NCBI GenBank assembly: GCA_026707285.1
Contig: JAPOXD010000053.1
Location: 5,344-69,343, forward strand
Length of the DNA: 64,000 bases
Direction of reading: 5' to 3'
DNA from: Chloroflexota bacterium
Lineage (GTDB): Bacteria; Chloroflexota; UBA11872
This document shows, one piece after another, positions 37,566-47,376 of this stretch. The position numbers and the translations under genes are program-made. The notes beneath the pieces are model-generated. The model did not search any database and was not told the origin of the DNA. It saw nothing but the letters and a program-made list of their open reading frames with translations. How positions within the stretch are numbered: position 1 is the first letter of the stretch; every line of letters begins with the position of its first letter.

Positions 37566-39896
37566 ATGTCCACGTCGCGGCGATCCCCCTTCCCCTATGA
37601 CTGCGTGCTGCATGGGACGGGCCTGATGCTGGACGACGACGGCGGCCTGGCCTGGCGCGAGCGACGCCTCGAGTCGCTGCCGCCGCCGATCTCGGGGCCG
37701 GCCCGGGCCTACGCCCAGTTTCCCTCCGAGCATGAGGCCGCCTGGACCACCGGCGACCTGACGGGCGGCTACGGCGCGAGCACGTCAACGGCGGAGGGCG
37801 GACGGCAGTACGCCCACGGCTTCGTGGACGCGCGCTTTCCCAATCAGATCATGTTGCCACCGGCCCTCACCGAGAGCCGCGTCGGCGGGGACGGCACGGT
37901 GCGCGGCCACTTCGAGTTGGGCGGCGTGCTGTACGCGCTGATCGGCTCGGCCGTCTACCAATCAACCGACGGCGCCCGCTGGACGCTGGCGCACCAGTTT
38001 GGCGACGGCGACACGCCGGTTTCGGCGGCTGTCTTCCAGGGCGCGGCGGCGGCGCCTCACGCGTTCGTCGCGGTCGGCGGCGGGCCCGGTGACGGTCCCT
38101 ATTGGACGTTCGACGGCAAGGCGTGGACGCCCCATCCGGGAGTGCAGGCGAAGCCGACCGCCGTGCTTGCGACGACCGACGGCGGCGTGACCTACACCGA
38201 TCAGACGGAGTCGGCCGAGGTTCGCCTGAGCGGCTCGGCCGCGGGCGGCGCCTGGCTGCTCCTGGGATCCGACGCACCGTTCGACAGCGTGCGACTGGAC
38301 CCGCGCGAGCGAATCAACCGGGGCGCCGCAACGCTCACGGCCGAGTTTTGGACGGGCGCTGCGTGGGAGCCTGTCAGTGACTGGGTCGACCGGACGATCG
38401 TCGAGTCCGCCACGCTGGGGCGCGCCGGCGCGGGTGAGTTCACGGAGCCCGTCACGTGGCGTCCTTCACTCATCGAGGACATCCAAGCCTTCTGGCTGCG
38501 CCTGTCGGCGACCGCGCCACTGGACTCCAGGGTCCGGCTGCACGGCATTGCCGTGCACCAGCCCCGCAAGGCCGACCGGTTCCTCGTGGTCGGAGATGAA
38601 CTGTTGCGCTCGTCGTCGGAATCAGGCGTCCCCCGGATTTCGCGCTCGGTGGACGGCGGCGACGACGCGGCGTGGACGTCTGGCGAGCCGGTCGGCGGCC
38701 CGGGTCACGCCGTGACGGCGCTGGTGTCACTGGGCGACATGCCTTACGCGGTCACGACCGACGGGCTGTATCGCATTCGACCATCCGGTGAGGCGGCGTT
38801 CGAGGCGTCGTGGCCACGTCCGGCGGCACTGCGCGATCGGAGTGACGGCCGGGGAGGCGCGGTGTGGCGCGGGGCGTGGTGGCTGCCATCGAAGGAGGGG
38901 CTCTATCGCTTCGCGCCGGGCGCGTTCGAGCTGGTGGGGCCCGAGACGCTGCCGGACAACGACTCGGCGGTTCGCGGCCGCATCACCGCCTGCGCGGGCG
39001 ACGCCTTTTTCTTGTACGCCGCCCTCCGCAGCGACCAGGGCGTCACCTATCTGCTGTGCTACGACGCGGAGCGCGGCGCCTGGCATCCCCTGGCCGACCT
39101 TGGCCGACGCGAATGCCGCCATATGTGGGTCTCGGACGTTCCTGGGCCAAACCCGCGGCTGTACCTCGGGCTGGACGACGACATTGGCGCGATCATCCTG
39201 CCGCGGCACACCGCCAATCCCTTGCACGACCCGCGGTGCCGCTTTGCCCCGTCGGGCGAGCTGCGGCTGTCGCGCTTCCACGGCAGCCCCGCCGCCCGAC
39301 GCACCGCGTTTCTCGGGCTGAACATCGACGGCGCACGGCTGGGGCCAGACGCCTTTGTCGACGCCGCCTACCGGCTGGATGGGCACGGGGCTTATGCGCC
39401 GCTCGGTCGCTTCGCCACCGCCTCGGGCCAGCGGGTCGACTTCGGTTCGGCGGTGGCCGGCACTTCGATCGATCTGCGCCTGCGGCTCACGACACACAGC
39501 GACCGCGCCACGCCGGTGATCCGGGCCGTCACGCTGGCCTACGCGGCGCGCACCGGCTTCCGGCGCGTCTTTGACTTCCGCGTGCGGCTTGCCGACCGGC
39601 TCTCGCTGCGAGACGGAGGCCGGGACCGGCGGGCGGCGCGCGACATCAAGCGGGCGCTCATGGCGGCGGCGGCCTCGGAGCTGCCTGTGGTGCTCACCAC
39701 CCCGGACGGCGAGGCGCTGGAAGTGCTGGTGCGCGAGGCCGAGGTCCGCGCGACGGGCCGGCCGCTCGCATGGGCCATGCACATCTCCGCCACGGAGTAC
39801 CGGCCGACCGCTGCCCATGGCCGGCATCGCCGCCTCGCGACCTATCGCCATGACCACCTGGCGGCCTATACGCACCGCCAGATCAGCCAGCTCTAA
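37566..39896 (+). CDS. Putative short-tail nozzle/tail structural protein (beta-propeller-like)
   Basis: 776 aa rich in beta-strand and W/G motifs (STDG..W); translationally adjacent to the adaptor; C-terminal 8-aa His repeats. Confidence 0.6.
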   Translation: MSTSRRSPFPYDCVLHGTGLMLDDDGGLAWRERRLESLPPPISGPARAYAQFPSEHEAAWTTGDLTGGYGASTSTAEGGRQYAHGFVDARFPNQIMLPPALTESRVGGDGTVRGHFELGGVLYALIGSAVYQSTDGARWTLAHQFGDGDTPVSAAVFQGAAAAPHAFVAVGGGPGDGPYWTFDGKAWTPHPGVQAKPTAVLATTDGGVTYTDQTESAEVRLSGSAAGGAWLLLGSDAPFDSVRLDPRERINRGAATLTAEFWTGAAWEPVSDWVDRTIVESATLGRAGAGEFTEPVTWRPSLIEDIQAFWLRLSATAPLDSRVRLHGIAVHQPRKADRFLVVGDELLRSSSESGVPRISRSVDGGDDAAWTSGEPVGGPGHAVTALVSLGDMPYAVTTDGLYRIRPSGEAAFEASWPRPAALRDRSDGRGGAVWRGAWWLPSKEGLYRFAPGAFELVGPETLPDNDSAVRGRITACAGDAFFLYAALRSDQGVTYLLCYDAERGAWHPLADLGRRECRHMWVSDVPGPNPRLYLGLDDDIGAIILPRHTANPLHDPRCRFAPSGELRLSRFHGSPAARRTAFLGLNIDGARLGPDAFVDAAYRLDGHGAYAPLGRFATASGQRVDFGSAVAGTSIDLRLRLTTHSDRATPVIRAVTLAYAARTGFRRVFDFRVRLADRLSLRDGGRDRRAARDIKRALMAAAASELPVVLTTPDGEALEVLVREAEVRATGRPLAWAMHISATEYRPTAAHGRHRRLATYRHDHLAAYTHRQISQL

Positions 39897-39906
39897 AGGA
39901 GGACCG

Positions 39907-40587
39907 ATGCCAACGACGACGCTGAATCTCAACCTCACCAAGCCGCTCCCCCCGGAGCGGTATGACGTGGGGGGCGTTAACGCCAACGCAGACGCAGTCG
40001 ACGCGGCCTTCGATGCCGCCTCCGGGCATCGGCATGACGGCACGGCAGGGCAAGGACCACCCCTGGACAGCGACGCGCTCGCCGATGGGGCGGTCACGGA
40101 CCCGAAATTGGCGCCCGGCGCGGTGGTCACCGACGCCTTGGCGGACGCAGCGGTGACCGCGGACAAGCTGGCCGACGCCGCCGTGACGGCGGCGAAGCTG
40201 GCGCCCAATGTCGGCGGCATCGCACTGGCCAGCGTCCAGGACGGCGCCGGGCGGAACGACACGCGCGTTTCCGCCCTCCGCGCGGAAGCCGGTTGGGGTT
40301 TCATTTCGCTCGCCGCGCTGCAGAGCGACGAGAGGGCTATCACCTTCGAATCGGCCTTCGGCTCGGCGCCCATCGTGTTCGTGTCGCCCCTTGGGGCGCA
40401 TGTCGGCGCCAGCCCCCCTGAGTCCATTGACGACTTTGGCGATTACCACGCGAACCACCAGCGCTTTTCGAGCGTGTTTGCCAAGGACATCACGGCCAGT
40501 GGCTTCACCGCCGAAGCCATCCGCGCGACCGCGGCGAATGGACAGTGGGCAGGCTTTGCCTGGATGGCGCTTGGGGTGAGCGCCTAG
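39907..40587 (+). CDS. Tail fibre-like protein
   Basis: N-terminal NLNLTKP...NADAVD, GHRHDG, 10-aa LADxAVTxxK repeats, C-terminal ITFESAFGSAP...ITASGF...WMALG (gp53/H-lectin-like); AAAGGAGG RBS. Confidence 0.78.
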   Translation: MPTTTLNLNLTKPLPPERYDVGGVNANADAVDAAFDAASGHRHDGTAGQGPPLDSDALADGAVTDPKLAPGAVVTDALADAAVTADKLADAAVTAAKLAPNVGGIALASVQDGAGRNDTRVSALRAEAGWGFISLAALQSDERAITFESAFGSAPIVFVSPLGAHVGASPPESIDDFGDYHANHQRFSSVFAKDITASGFTAEAIRATAANGQWAGFAWMALGVSA

Positions 40588-41600
40588 TGCCGCGCCAGGC
40601 CCCCGACCCCACGCCCCTCCTGGGCGTGCACTTCTGGAATCCGGCGCGGACGCCGGGCTATCCCGTGCCGACCCTCTTTGTCGAGCACGTGTATACGCAT
40701 CCTGGGGGCGACCGGCAGCCCCATTGGCGGGAAATGGCGAGCCGCTGCCGCGTGCTGCGCGACGCCGGGCATCGGGTCCTGCTCAAGGTCAAGTACCGAG
40801 CCGGCGTCGATCAGCCACGGACCGGGGCAGAGCTGGACACGTATCTCCACGGGCTGGAGGCGCTGGCGCCGAAATTTGGCGGCATCGACGTGACCTTCGG
40901 CAACGAGCCCAACTGGCGGCGCTCCGAGGCCGACGACTCCAGCGTGAGCCCCGCCTGGATGGCGCGGGTGTTCAACGGTGCCGGCAACGAGCCGAGCGAT
41001 CCGTGGAACGCCCTCCAGGTGTGGCGGACGCACGCCGCATCCCGCTGCCGCTTCTTCGTCACGCCCACGGGGCCGTTTGCCCCGCGCGGCGGACGGCCCA
41101 AGGCCGCGGTGGAGCAATCGCCGTGGGCGCGCTACACGGCGGAGTTTTGGGAGCGGTGCCGGGACGCGGCGCAAACGGCCTGGTCGCGGCGCTTCCAGGG
41201 CGTGGTCCTGCACGCCTACGCACGCACCGGGCCCAACGGCGACGACCACGGGGGACGGCACGAGCCGTGGCGCGACCCGCGCGACCGCCTGGAGCGGCGG
41301 TGGGGATCCAACGTCTTGCAGACGTGGGACGAGACCCTGCGCACCGTCGGGCTGGCGCGCAAGCCGGTCATCATCGCGGAATACAACGCGCGCACCGACG
41401 CGCCCTCCGCCGCGGCCTATCCGCCGGGCCTGCTGCCGAACGCATTTGCCTACGCCTGCGCCGTGTTCGGGCGACGCCTCGAGGGTCTGGCCTGGTTCGT
41501 GGATGCCAACGGCGACGGCCATTGGCGCGATGAAGCCTTGACCGATGGCGTGGGGCGGATGGCGGAGGCCGACGCCGACTTTCGACGGATCTGGGCGTGA
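40587..41600 (+). CDS. Clan GH-A-like glycoside hydrolase
   Basis: FGNEPN acid/base motif, LHAY, VIIAEYN nucleophile motif, LAWF; GTG overlaps the previous stop. Confidence 0.65.
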   Translation: MPRQAPDPTPLLGVHFWNPARTPGYPVPTLFVEHVYTHPGGDRQPHWREMASRCRVLRDAGHRVLLKVKYRAGVDQPRTGAELDTYLHGLEALAPKFGGIDVTFGNEPNWRRSEADDSSVSPAWMARVFNGAGNEPSDPWNALQVWRTHAASRCRFFVTPTGPFAPRGGRPKAAVEQSPWARYTAEFWERCRDAAQTAWSRRFQGVVLHAYARTGPNGDDHGGRHEPWRDPRDRLERRWGSNVLQTWDETLRTVGLARKPVIIAEYNARTDAPSAAAYPPGLLPNAFAYACAVFGRRLEGLAWFVDANGDGHWRDEALTDGVGRMAEADADFRRIWA

Positions 41601-41845
41601 CAAGCGGCGCACGCCCGACGCCCGACGGCAACGGCCGCCTCCTGGCGCGCATCGACGAGCGCACGGCGTCGATCCTGCGCGAGGTGGCGCAGTTGCGGGC
41701 GGACCTGGCGGCGCACAAGACCGAGTCGCGCGCGACCTACGTGACGCGGGTGGAGTTTCGGCCCATCCGCGGTCTGATCTACGGCCTGGTGGGTCTGACC
41801 CTGACGAGCGTGGGCGGCGGCGTGCTGGCCCTGGTGCTGCGATGA
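41597..41845 (+). CDS. Small membrane protein (XhlA/holin-like)
   Basis: Coiled N-terminus LARIDERT, YVTRVEF, single C-terminal TM helix; precedes the endolysin. Confidence 0.65.
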   Translation: MTSGARPTPDGNGRLLARIDERTASILREVAQLRADLAAHKTESRATYVTRVEFRPIRGLIYGLVGLTLTSVGGGVLALVLR

Positions 41846-41861
41846 CCGCCGAGGCGGGCTG

Positions 41862-42869
41862 ATGGCCTATCTGCCGCCGCTCGACGGTGTCATTCGCGTG
41901 ACGTCGGCGTTCGGCCTCGACCGTGGCAGCTACCGCCACGGCGGACTGGACCTGGCGCTGCAACGGGAGTCGGTGTACCGCCGCCCGGTGAAGGCGCCGG
42001 CGGCGGGGACGATTCTGGCGGTCTGGACGACGGACCGGCCCAGCACGCGGGACGCGACGCTGCGGGACGGGTTTCCCTACGGCAACGCCGTGGCGCTGCG
42101 CGACGCCGGGGGCGTGCTGTGGCGCCTGCTGCACTTCGACGAGCCCCCGACGGTTCGCGTCGGCGAGCGCGTCGCGGCCGGCCAGACGCTCGGCCTCTGC
42201 GACTCCACCGGCAACAGCACCGGGCACCACGTGCACCTGGACGCCTCACTGCTGGACGATATCGACCCGGCGACCTTCCGCGTACGGGGCCCGCGGGTCG
42301 ACCCGCTGCGCCTCTACGCGGTCGCCCTGGCCCGTGACGTGGGCTACGACCCGGCGGTGTTTCGGCGGCAAATCAGGGCGGAAAGCAACTGGAACCCGCT
42401 GGCCGTGAGTCGCGCGGGGGCCGAGGGCCTGGCGCAGATCATCCCCCGCTGGCACCCGGCCATGCGCGGGCGCACGTTCGACCCGTTCGCGTCGCTGGAC
42501 TATGCCGCGCGGCTGATGGCGGCGCACGTGGATCACCGGAACGGCGACTACCGCGAGGCGCTGGCGGACTACAACACGGGCCGTGGGTCAAGCGGCGCGT
42601 TCCGTGCGCAGGGCTACCGCTACGCCGACACGATTTTGAAGGGCTTGGACATGGCGCGAATGGCGGAGATCGAGGCGCTGCGGCAGGACCGCGACGCCAA
42701 CCACAGCCGCAAGCTCGCGGCGCTGGCGCACCTCGGCGAGGTGATCCAGGCGGCGCGCAGGGCGGGTGAAACCGCGTTCCGCCCGGAGGACTGGCGACGG
42801 GTCATGACCGCCGAGCGGTTCTATCACGACCCCATGGCGCGTCCCGATCAGGCGACCGGCGCGGGGTAA
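41862..42869 (+). CDS. Two-domain endolysin: M23 peptidase plus SLT lytic transglycosylase
   Basis: TSAFG, HGGLD, TGNSTGHHVHLD (M23); AESNWNPLAVSRAGAEGLAQ, ALADYNTG (SLT). Confidence 0.9.
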   Translation: MAYLPPLDGVIRVTSAFGLDRGSYRHGGLDLALQRESVYRRPVKAPAAGTILAVWTTDRPSTRDATLRDGFPYGNAVALRDAGGVLWRLLHFDEPPTVRVGERVAAGQTLGLCDSTGNSTGHHVHLDASLLDDIDPATFRVRGPRVDPLRLYAVALARDVGYDPAVFRRQIRAESNWNPLAVSRAGAEGLAQIIPRWHPAMRGRTFDPFASLDYAARLMAAHVDHRNGDYREALADYNTGRGSSGAFRAQGYRYADTILKGLDMARMAEIEALRQDRDANHSRKLAALAHLGEVIQAARRAGETAFRPEDWRRVMTAERFYHDPMARPDQATGAG

Positions 42870-42983
42870 TGGAAATCAAGGACGCCCGCCCGCTGCGGAG
42901 TTTCGGCGGTCGGGCTTGGCGAGATGTGACCCCGTACCTGATACGGGGCAAGCGATGGAGGCAGTTGGATGAAGGGACAGCCG

Positions 42984-43229
42984 ATGACGACGACTTACAG
43001 CCTGAAGCTGGGTGTGCTGCGGCGCTTCGCGCGCATCGTGAGCGCGGCATTCGTGGCCGGTGGCGTACCCGGCGCGGTGGCCGCCGTGCAGAGCCCCGAA
43101 ATCTACCAGCTTGGGACGCAGCTGCTGGGTGCGGCGGGAGTGGCCGTGGTCGCCGGGACGCTCGCGGCGCTGGACAAGGCCGTGCGCGGCCGACACGGCT
43201 CGTGGCTGGGGATGCTGCGACTGAGTTAG
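42984..43229 (+). CDS. Putative holin
   Basis: 81 aa with two hydrophobic segments and basic ends; follows the endolysin. Confidence 0.6.
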   Translation: MTTTYSLKLGVLRRFARIVSAAFVAGGVPGAVAAVQSPEIYQLGTQLLGAAGVAVVAGTLAALDKAVRGRHGSWLGMLRLS

Positions 43230-43258
43230 CGGTCAAGCGAGACGCGGCGACTACGCAT

Positions 43259-43470
43259 TCACTCCCACGACCCCTGGCTGGGTGACGGTTCCGTGGCGAT
43301 CCGACATCGGAAACGGACACCGCCACTCTGAAAGCAGGGAGTGGTCGAGGAGTTGATAGCTGGTCGCCGCGTCTCGCAAACGGCGGCGCACCCGCTCCAG
43401 CGGATCGATGACGTGGACGGGGAAGTTGAAATCCCGGCGCACCATGCGGATGACATCGACAATGATGGCG
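43259..43470 (-). pseudogene. C-terminal remnant of an NYN-domain gene
   Basis: IRMVRRDFNFPVHVIDP...LRDAAT...SDRHGTVTQP resembles the C-terminus of 20800-21429 (IRYVRDDLGLRVTLVNP...LANAAT...RDEVGIITKP). Confidence 0.55.
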
Positions 43471-43631
43471 GCTCAGCTGCCCAGCCCGGAGCCCTGGTGG
43501 GGCGTCCTCGGCGCGGCGGACCTCTGGGCTTGGCGGAACGTCGGGCCGGAGCGGGAGAGTGAGTGACGAACGTGGGGAAGCGCCGGACCACGCAGATCTG
43601 CGGCTGGCCCACTCAGCGTAAGCGGCTGGTG

Positions 43632-44626
43632 CTAGGGGATTTCGGAGAGATCGACTGGGCGGCGTTCGCGCAGGGACAGGTTGCAGGCGACGGCGACGCG
43701 CAGAGCCTCGAGTGCGTCGTCAACGGTGCTGGGCGACGACATGCGGCCGCGGGCGACGTCGAGGAATGTCGCGATTTCGGCGGCGTAGGCGTCAGCAAAG
43801 CGGTCGTGGAACATTGCATGGGGCGCGGGGTGAAGCGGCGGGCCATTGGGTTCGAGGGAGCGGAGGGGCGCTTGGTCGTCCCAGCCGACCACCACGCTGT
43901 CGCGCGAGCCAAACAGTTCCATGCGGACGTCATAGCCCAAGGGGTTGTGCCGGGTGTAGCTGGCCAACCCGAGCGCACCGTCCGCAAGGGTGAGCGTGGC
44001 GACGGCCGTGTCAGCGTCGTCGTAGCGGTCGTAAACCGAGAAGGCGCGCACGGTGGCGTCGGCGTAGACGCGCGCGATCTCCTGGTTGGTGACAAAGCGA
44101 AGGGCGTCAAAATCATGGACGGCAAAGTCGCGAAACATGCCGCCGGAGCCGGCGATGTAGGACTCGCTGGCGGGTTCGGGATCGTGGCCAGCGGTGCGGA
44201 AGGTGTAGAGCGTTCCAAGGCCACCGGATGCGACCAGTCGCGCGCGGCCTGATAGCCGGCGTCGAAGCGGCGCTGGAAGCCCATGAGGACGGGAACGCTG
44301 AGGGCATGCACGCGGGACACGATTTCGCGGGCGCGCTCGAGGTCGTGCGAGATGGGCTTTTCGCACATGACCGGCACACGGGCCTCGACGGCCGCGCTGA
44401 GCAGGTCGGCATGGGCGGTGGTGATGGCGGCGATCACCAGCGCATCGACGGACGACAGGAGCGCGTCAAGATCCGCGACAGCCTGCATATCCAGATCGGC
44501 GGCTACTGCGGAAGCAAGCGTCGCGTTGATGTCGTGCAGCACAACGGCGGAAACGTCGGGGTTGGCCGCCAGCCGTTCGGCGTGCGGTCGACCAATGCGG
44601 CCGACCCCGGTAACGCCCACGCGCAT
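43632..44626 (-). pseudogene. Inositol 2-dehydrogenase-like Gfo/Idh/MocA gene with a frameshift
   Basis: N-half (GVGRIG, CEKP, GFQRRFD) and C-half (SGGMFRDFAVHDFD) are in different frames, switching near 44237. Confidence 0.8.
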
Positions 44627-44754
44627 ATCAGCGAGTCCGTTCCGAAAGAGGCGACCTGTCGAGGCGCCCAGGTTGATTGGGTGGACGGTACGCAGGGAAT
44701 CGGCGGCATGGCAAGACCCGGCTCGCCGGCACGCAGGAATCCCGCGACGAGGAG

Positions 44755-45140
44755 TGTGCGGCGCGGCTGATGGCGGCGCACCTGGATCACTGGGACAGCG
44801 GCTACCGCGAGGCGCTGGCGGACTACAACACGGGTTGCGGGTCGGACTACGCGTTCCGTGCGTTGGGCCACCGATGCGCCGACACGATTCCGAAGGGTTT
44901 GGACATGGCACGAACGACGGAGCTCGCGGCGCTGCGGCAGAACTGCAACGCCAATCACAGCCGCAAGCTCGCGGCGCTGGGGCACCTCGGCGAGGTGATC
45001 CAGGCGGTGCAAAGGGCCGGCGAAGCCGCGTTTCGCACGGAGGACCGGCGGCGGGTCATGACCGCGGGCGCGCTGGCCGCCGTGGAATAGACCGTGCGCA
45101 GCCGATACGGGTCCTGGCTCGAGCTGATCCGGCTGGGCTA
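44755..45140 (+). pseudogene. Degenerate second copy of the endolysin 3' end fused to the holin 3' end
   Basis: AARLMAAH..YREALADYNTG..NHSRKLAAL..RRVMTA matches 42503-42810; continues as AGALAAVE*TVRSRYGSWLELIRLG*, matching the holin tail. Confidence 0.88.
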
Positions 45141-46589
45141 GCCGAGGCTCGGAGCGTCCAATGAATCACCGGTGGTGGGGCTGTCCCTGTTTCCACGCCC
45201 CCTGTCACGCTTTGGCAGCACACTCGCGGCCACCACGGCCGGAATCAGCGTGGTGAGAGTTAGCGCGGCCGCAAGGCCAGCTAGCAGCGCAGGCCAGCGC
45301 CAATCGGACGTGAGCAGACGCCAGATTGCCATCAGTTTGCTTCGCGTGGGCTCCGGTGCCCCGTAGGCGACGAATGCAAGGTCTTGATCCGGCCACGCTA
45401 GGGCGCCATTGATCCAGAGTCGCCCGTCTGCGTATTGGTGCGCTCGCGTTGCGCTGACTCGGACTTCCGCGGCAGGCTCAATGTCGGCTATCAACTCGAG
45501 GGTCAGCGGCTGGCCCTCCGCCTCGGCGACCGGCGGTGTGAGTTCAATGCTCTGCCGCTGAGGGCGGCCGCCCCGGAGATTTTTCACCGAGGTCTGGGAC
45601 AAGACCCGTGCTGTCCCTGCCTCGTGCTTGATGAAGCGAATGCCCACGGCGCCGACCGTGCCGTGGGGATCGCGATTGGCGAGCCGGACATCCAACTGCC
45701 GGATCGGCGCGAATGGCATCCGAAACTCTTGGACAAGCGCCTCTTGGCGGTACAAGCTGAGTTCAAAGCCATCGATGTGCGTCGGCGGGCGCGTGTCGAT
45801 GAGCGGCACTCGAAAAACGAGCCCGACGACCAGCGCGCCGAGCGCCGCAACGGTGATCACGGCTCCGGCCACTGTAGGGCGCCAGCGAATGCCACCCGCG
45901 CTGCAATCGCGATTCCGGGTTGTCCCCAGAGAGATCGCCGCGCTCAAACCGATGAGCAATGCTCCGCCAAACTCCAGGGTTTCTTCGGCAATGATCGCCA
46001 GGTCGCCGATCCTGTGAGCGGCAAGCAGGGCAAGGTTCATGGCATCGAAGATGGCGCCAAGCAGCCAAGTGCCAAGTCCGAGGGCCCACAGGGTACGGGC
46101 TGATGAAGTGGGCAAAGCCTTCCGGGTAAACACCCACAGTGCGAGGCCGAACGCAACAGCCAGCGGGCTCAGCAGAGCCGGCTTTGTCCAGGGATCGCGA
46201 TCGCGGTCTGCACCGAACACCAGTCGCACTGCATCGGCCACGGAGGAGTTGTGCGCGTCGGAGATTTCCGCCCAGGCGACAAGTGCAGTCACGACGGCGA
46301 GTGCGGCCCAACTGCCGGCGGCAACCCAACCTGCCGCCCGACGCCTGCTGACGAATGCGTTGCCTAGTGCGAGCAACGCGACAACCACGAATGCCCCGGA
46401 TGACATGGCGTTTGCGACGCTTCCCTCTTGCTCAGGATCCAAATGCCAGGGAATGGCGCCTTCCGGGAGAATCGCGGGGAGTGCCAGGCTGATGAGGCGA
46501 GGCGCCGCGATGCCACCCCACCAGAAGACCAGCACCCCCAGAATCAGAAGGCGGCCGATCCACAACGCCGGGACTGAGCGGTTACTCAA
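45138..46589 (-). CDS. Multi-pass membrane protein (paralog of 31171-32601)
   Basis: Collinear similarity to 31171-32601 over the whole length. Confidence 0.7.
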   Translation of the reverse strand: MSNRSVPALWIGRLLILGVLVFWWGGIAAPRLISLALPAILPEGAIPWHLDPEQEGSVANAMSSGAFVVVALLALGNAFVSRRRAAGWVAAGSWAALAVVTALVAWAEISDAHNSSVADAVRLVFGADRDRDPWTKPALLSPLAVAFGLALWVFTRKALPTSSARTLWALGLGTWLLGAIFDAMNLALLAAHRIGDLAIIAEETLEFGGALLIGLSAAISLGTTRNRDCSAGGIRWRPTVAGAVITVAALGALVVGLVFRVPLIDTRPPTHIDGFELSLYRQEALVQEFRMPFAPIRQLDVRLANRDPHGTVGAVGIRFIKHEAGTARVLSQTSVKNLRGGRPQRQSIELTPPVAEAEGQPLTLELIADIEPAAEVRVSATRAHQYADGRLWINGALAWPDQDLAFVAYGAPEPTRSKLMAIWRLLTSDWRWPALLAGLAAALTLTTLIPAVVAASVLPKRDRGRGNRDSPTTGDSLDAPSLG

Positions 46590-46803
46590 CGGTCGCGACC
46601 ACTGTCAGCCAAAACACGAGGGACAGCTCATGGTTGCCAGCAATGCGGCCGATGCCAGATCAGCGGAATTTCGTGTCGCGCCACCGGCCCTGCCGGTCGC
46701 GGCGGTCTCGCGTTGTAGCGATGGTCGTCTAAGGATAGCCTTGGACCACCGGCCTCAAGGTCGGCACATTACGGCTCGCGGATAGGTGTCCTGAAAGGGC
46801 CGA

Positions 46804-46941
46804 TCAGGGCGGCTGCCCCGGCGCGTCGACGATGTTGGGCGCGATGCGGCGCAGGTCGTCCCAGGAGACCGCGCCGGCGCGGCGGATGCGCGGGCGGTCG
46901 CCGGTAAGGTCGACGATGGTGGAGGCGGTGCCGCCGACCGG
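46804..46941 (-). pseudogene. Duplicate of the 3' end of tsaC
   Basis: Encodes PVGGTASTIVDLTGDRPRIRRAGAVSWDDLRRIAPNIVDA, nearly the same as 48935-49069. Confidence 0.92.
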
Positions 46942-47376
46942 TCACCGTCGGGCGATGGCATTGCCGCCAACCCGCCATCGCGCGCCCCGCCATGACATGG
47001 CAATGTGTTGGGAGACACCCGTCGGGGAAACCACCACGAGCTGAACCCACCGACGAGTCGAGCCGCTGACTGCGGTCATCCGAGCTAGGTCGCCGGCCGC
47101 GGGGCGAGTGACGTCAGGGTGACGCCGAGGATGCCAGCCGCGACCATCGCCCTGGACAAGGCCGTGCGCGCTCGGCATCGCCCAGTGTTTGGTGAATCGG
47201 GACCCTCCCCATGACACCTCGGCGGTCTGTTAGGGTGAATACAGGCGCCACCATCGGCGCACCTGGGATTCACCCGGCGGCGGATTACCCCCTCGTACAA
47301 CTCCTGTCCGTTTGTCTCCTCGCCCCGCGCTGAATCGCCGTTTTCACCCCGCATCTTCCATGGAGTTCATGTCTGT

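Noticed and set aside
24472-43229. Complete, inducible prophage
   Set aside because: No integrase, repressor, replication genes or att pair were found, and the modules are interrupted by host-type genes. A decayed prophage remains possible, but not an autonomous one.
42869-43285. 138-aa ORF overlapping the holin
   Set aside because: Arg/Gly-rich composition; the alternative frame gives a holin-like protein whose tail is conserved in the duplicate at 45064-45140.
44755-46941. Diversity-generating retroelement TR/VR pairs (endolysin and tsaC duplicates)
   Set aside because: Differences are not restricted to adenines and include indels; there is no reverse transcriptase in the window.
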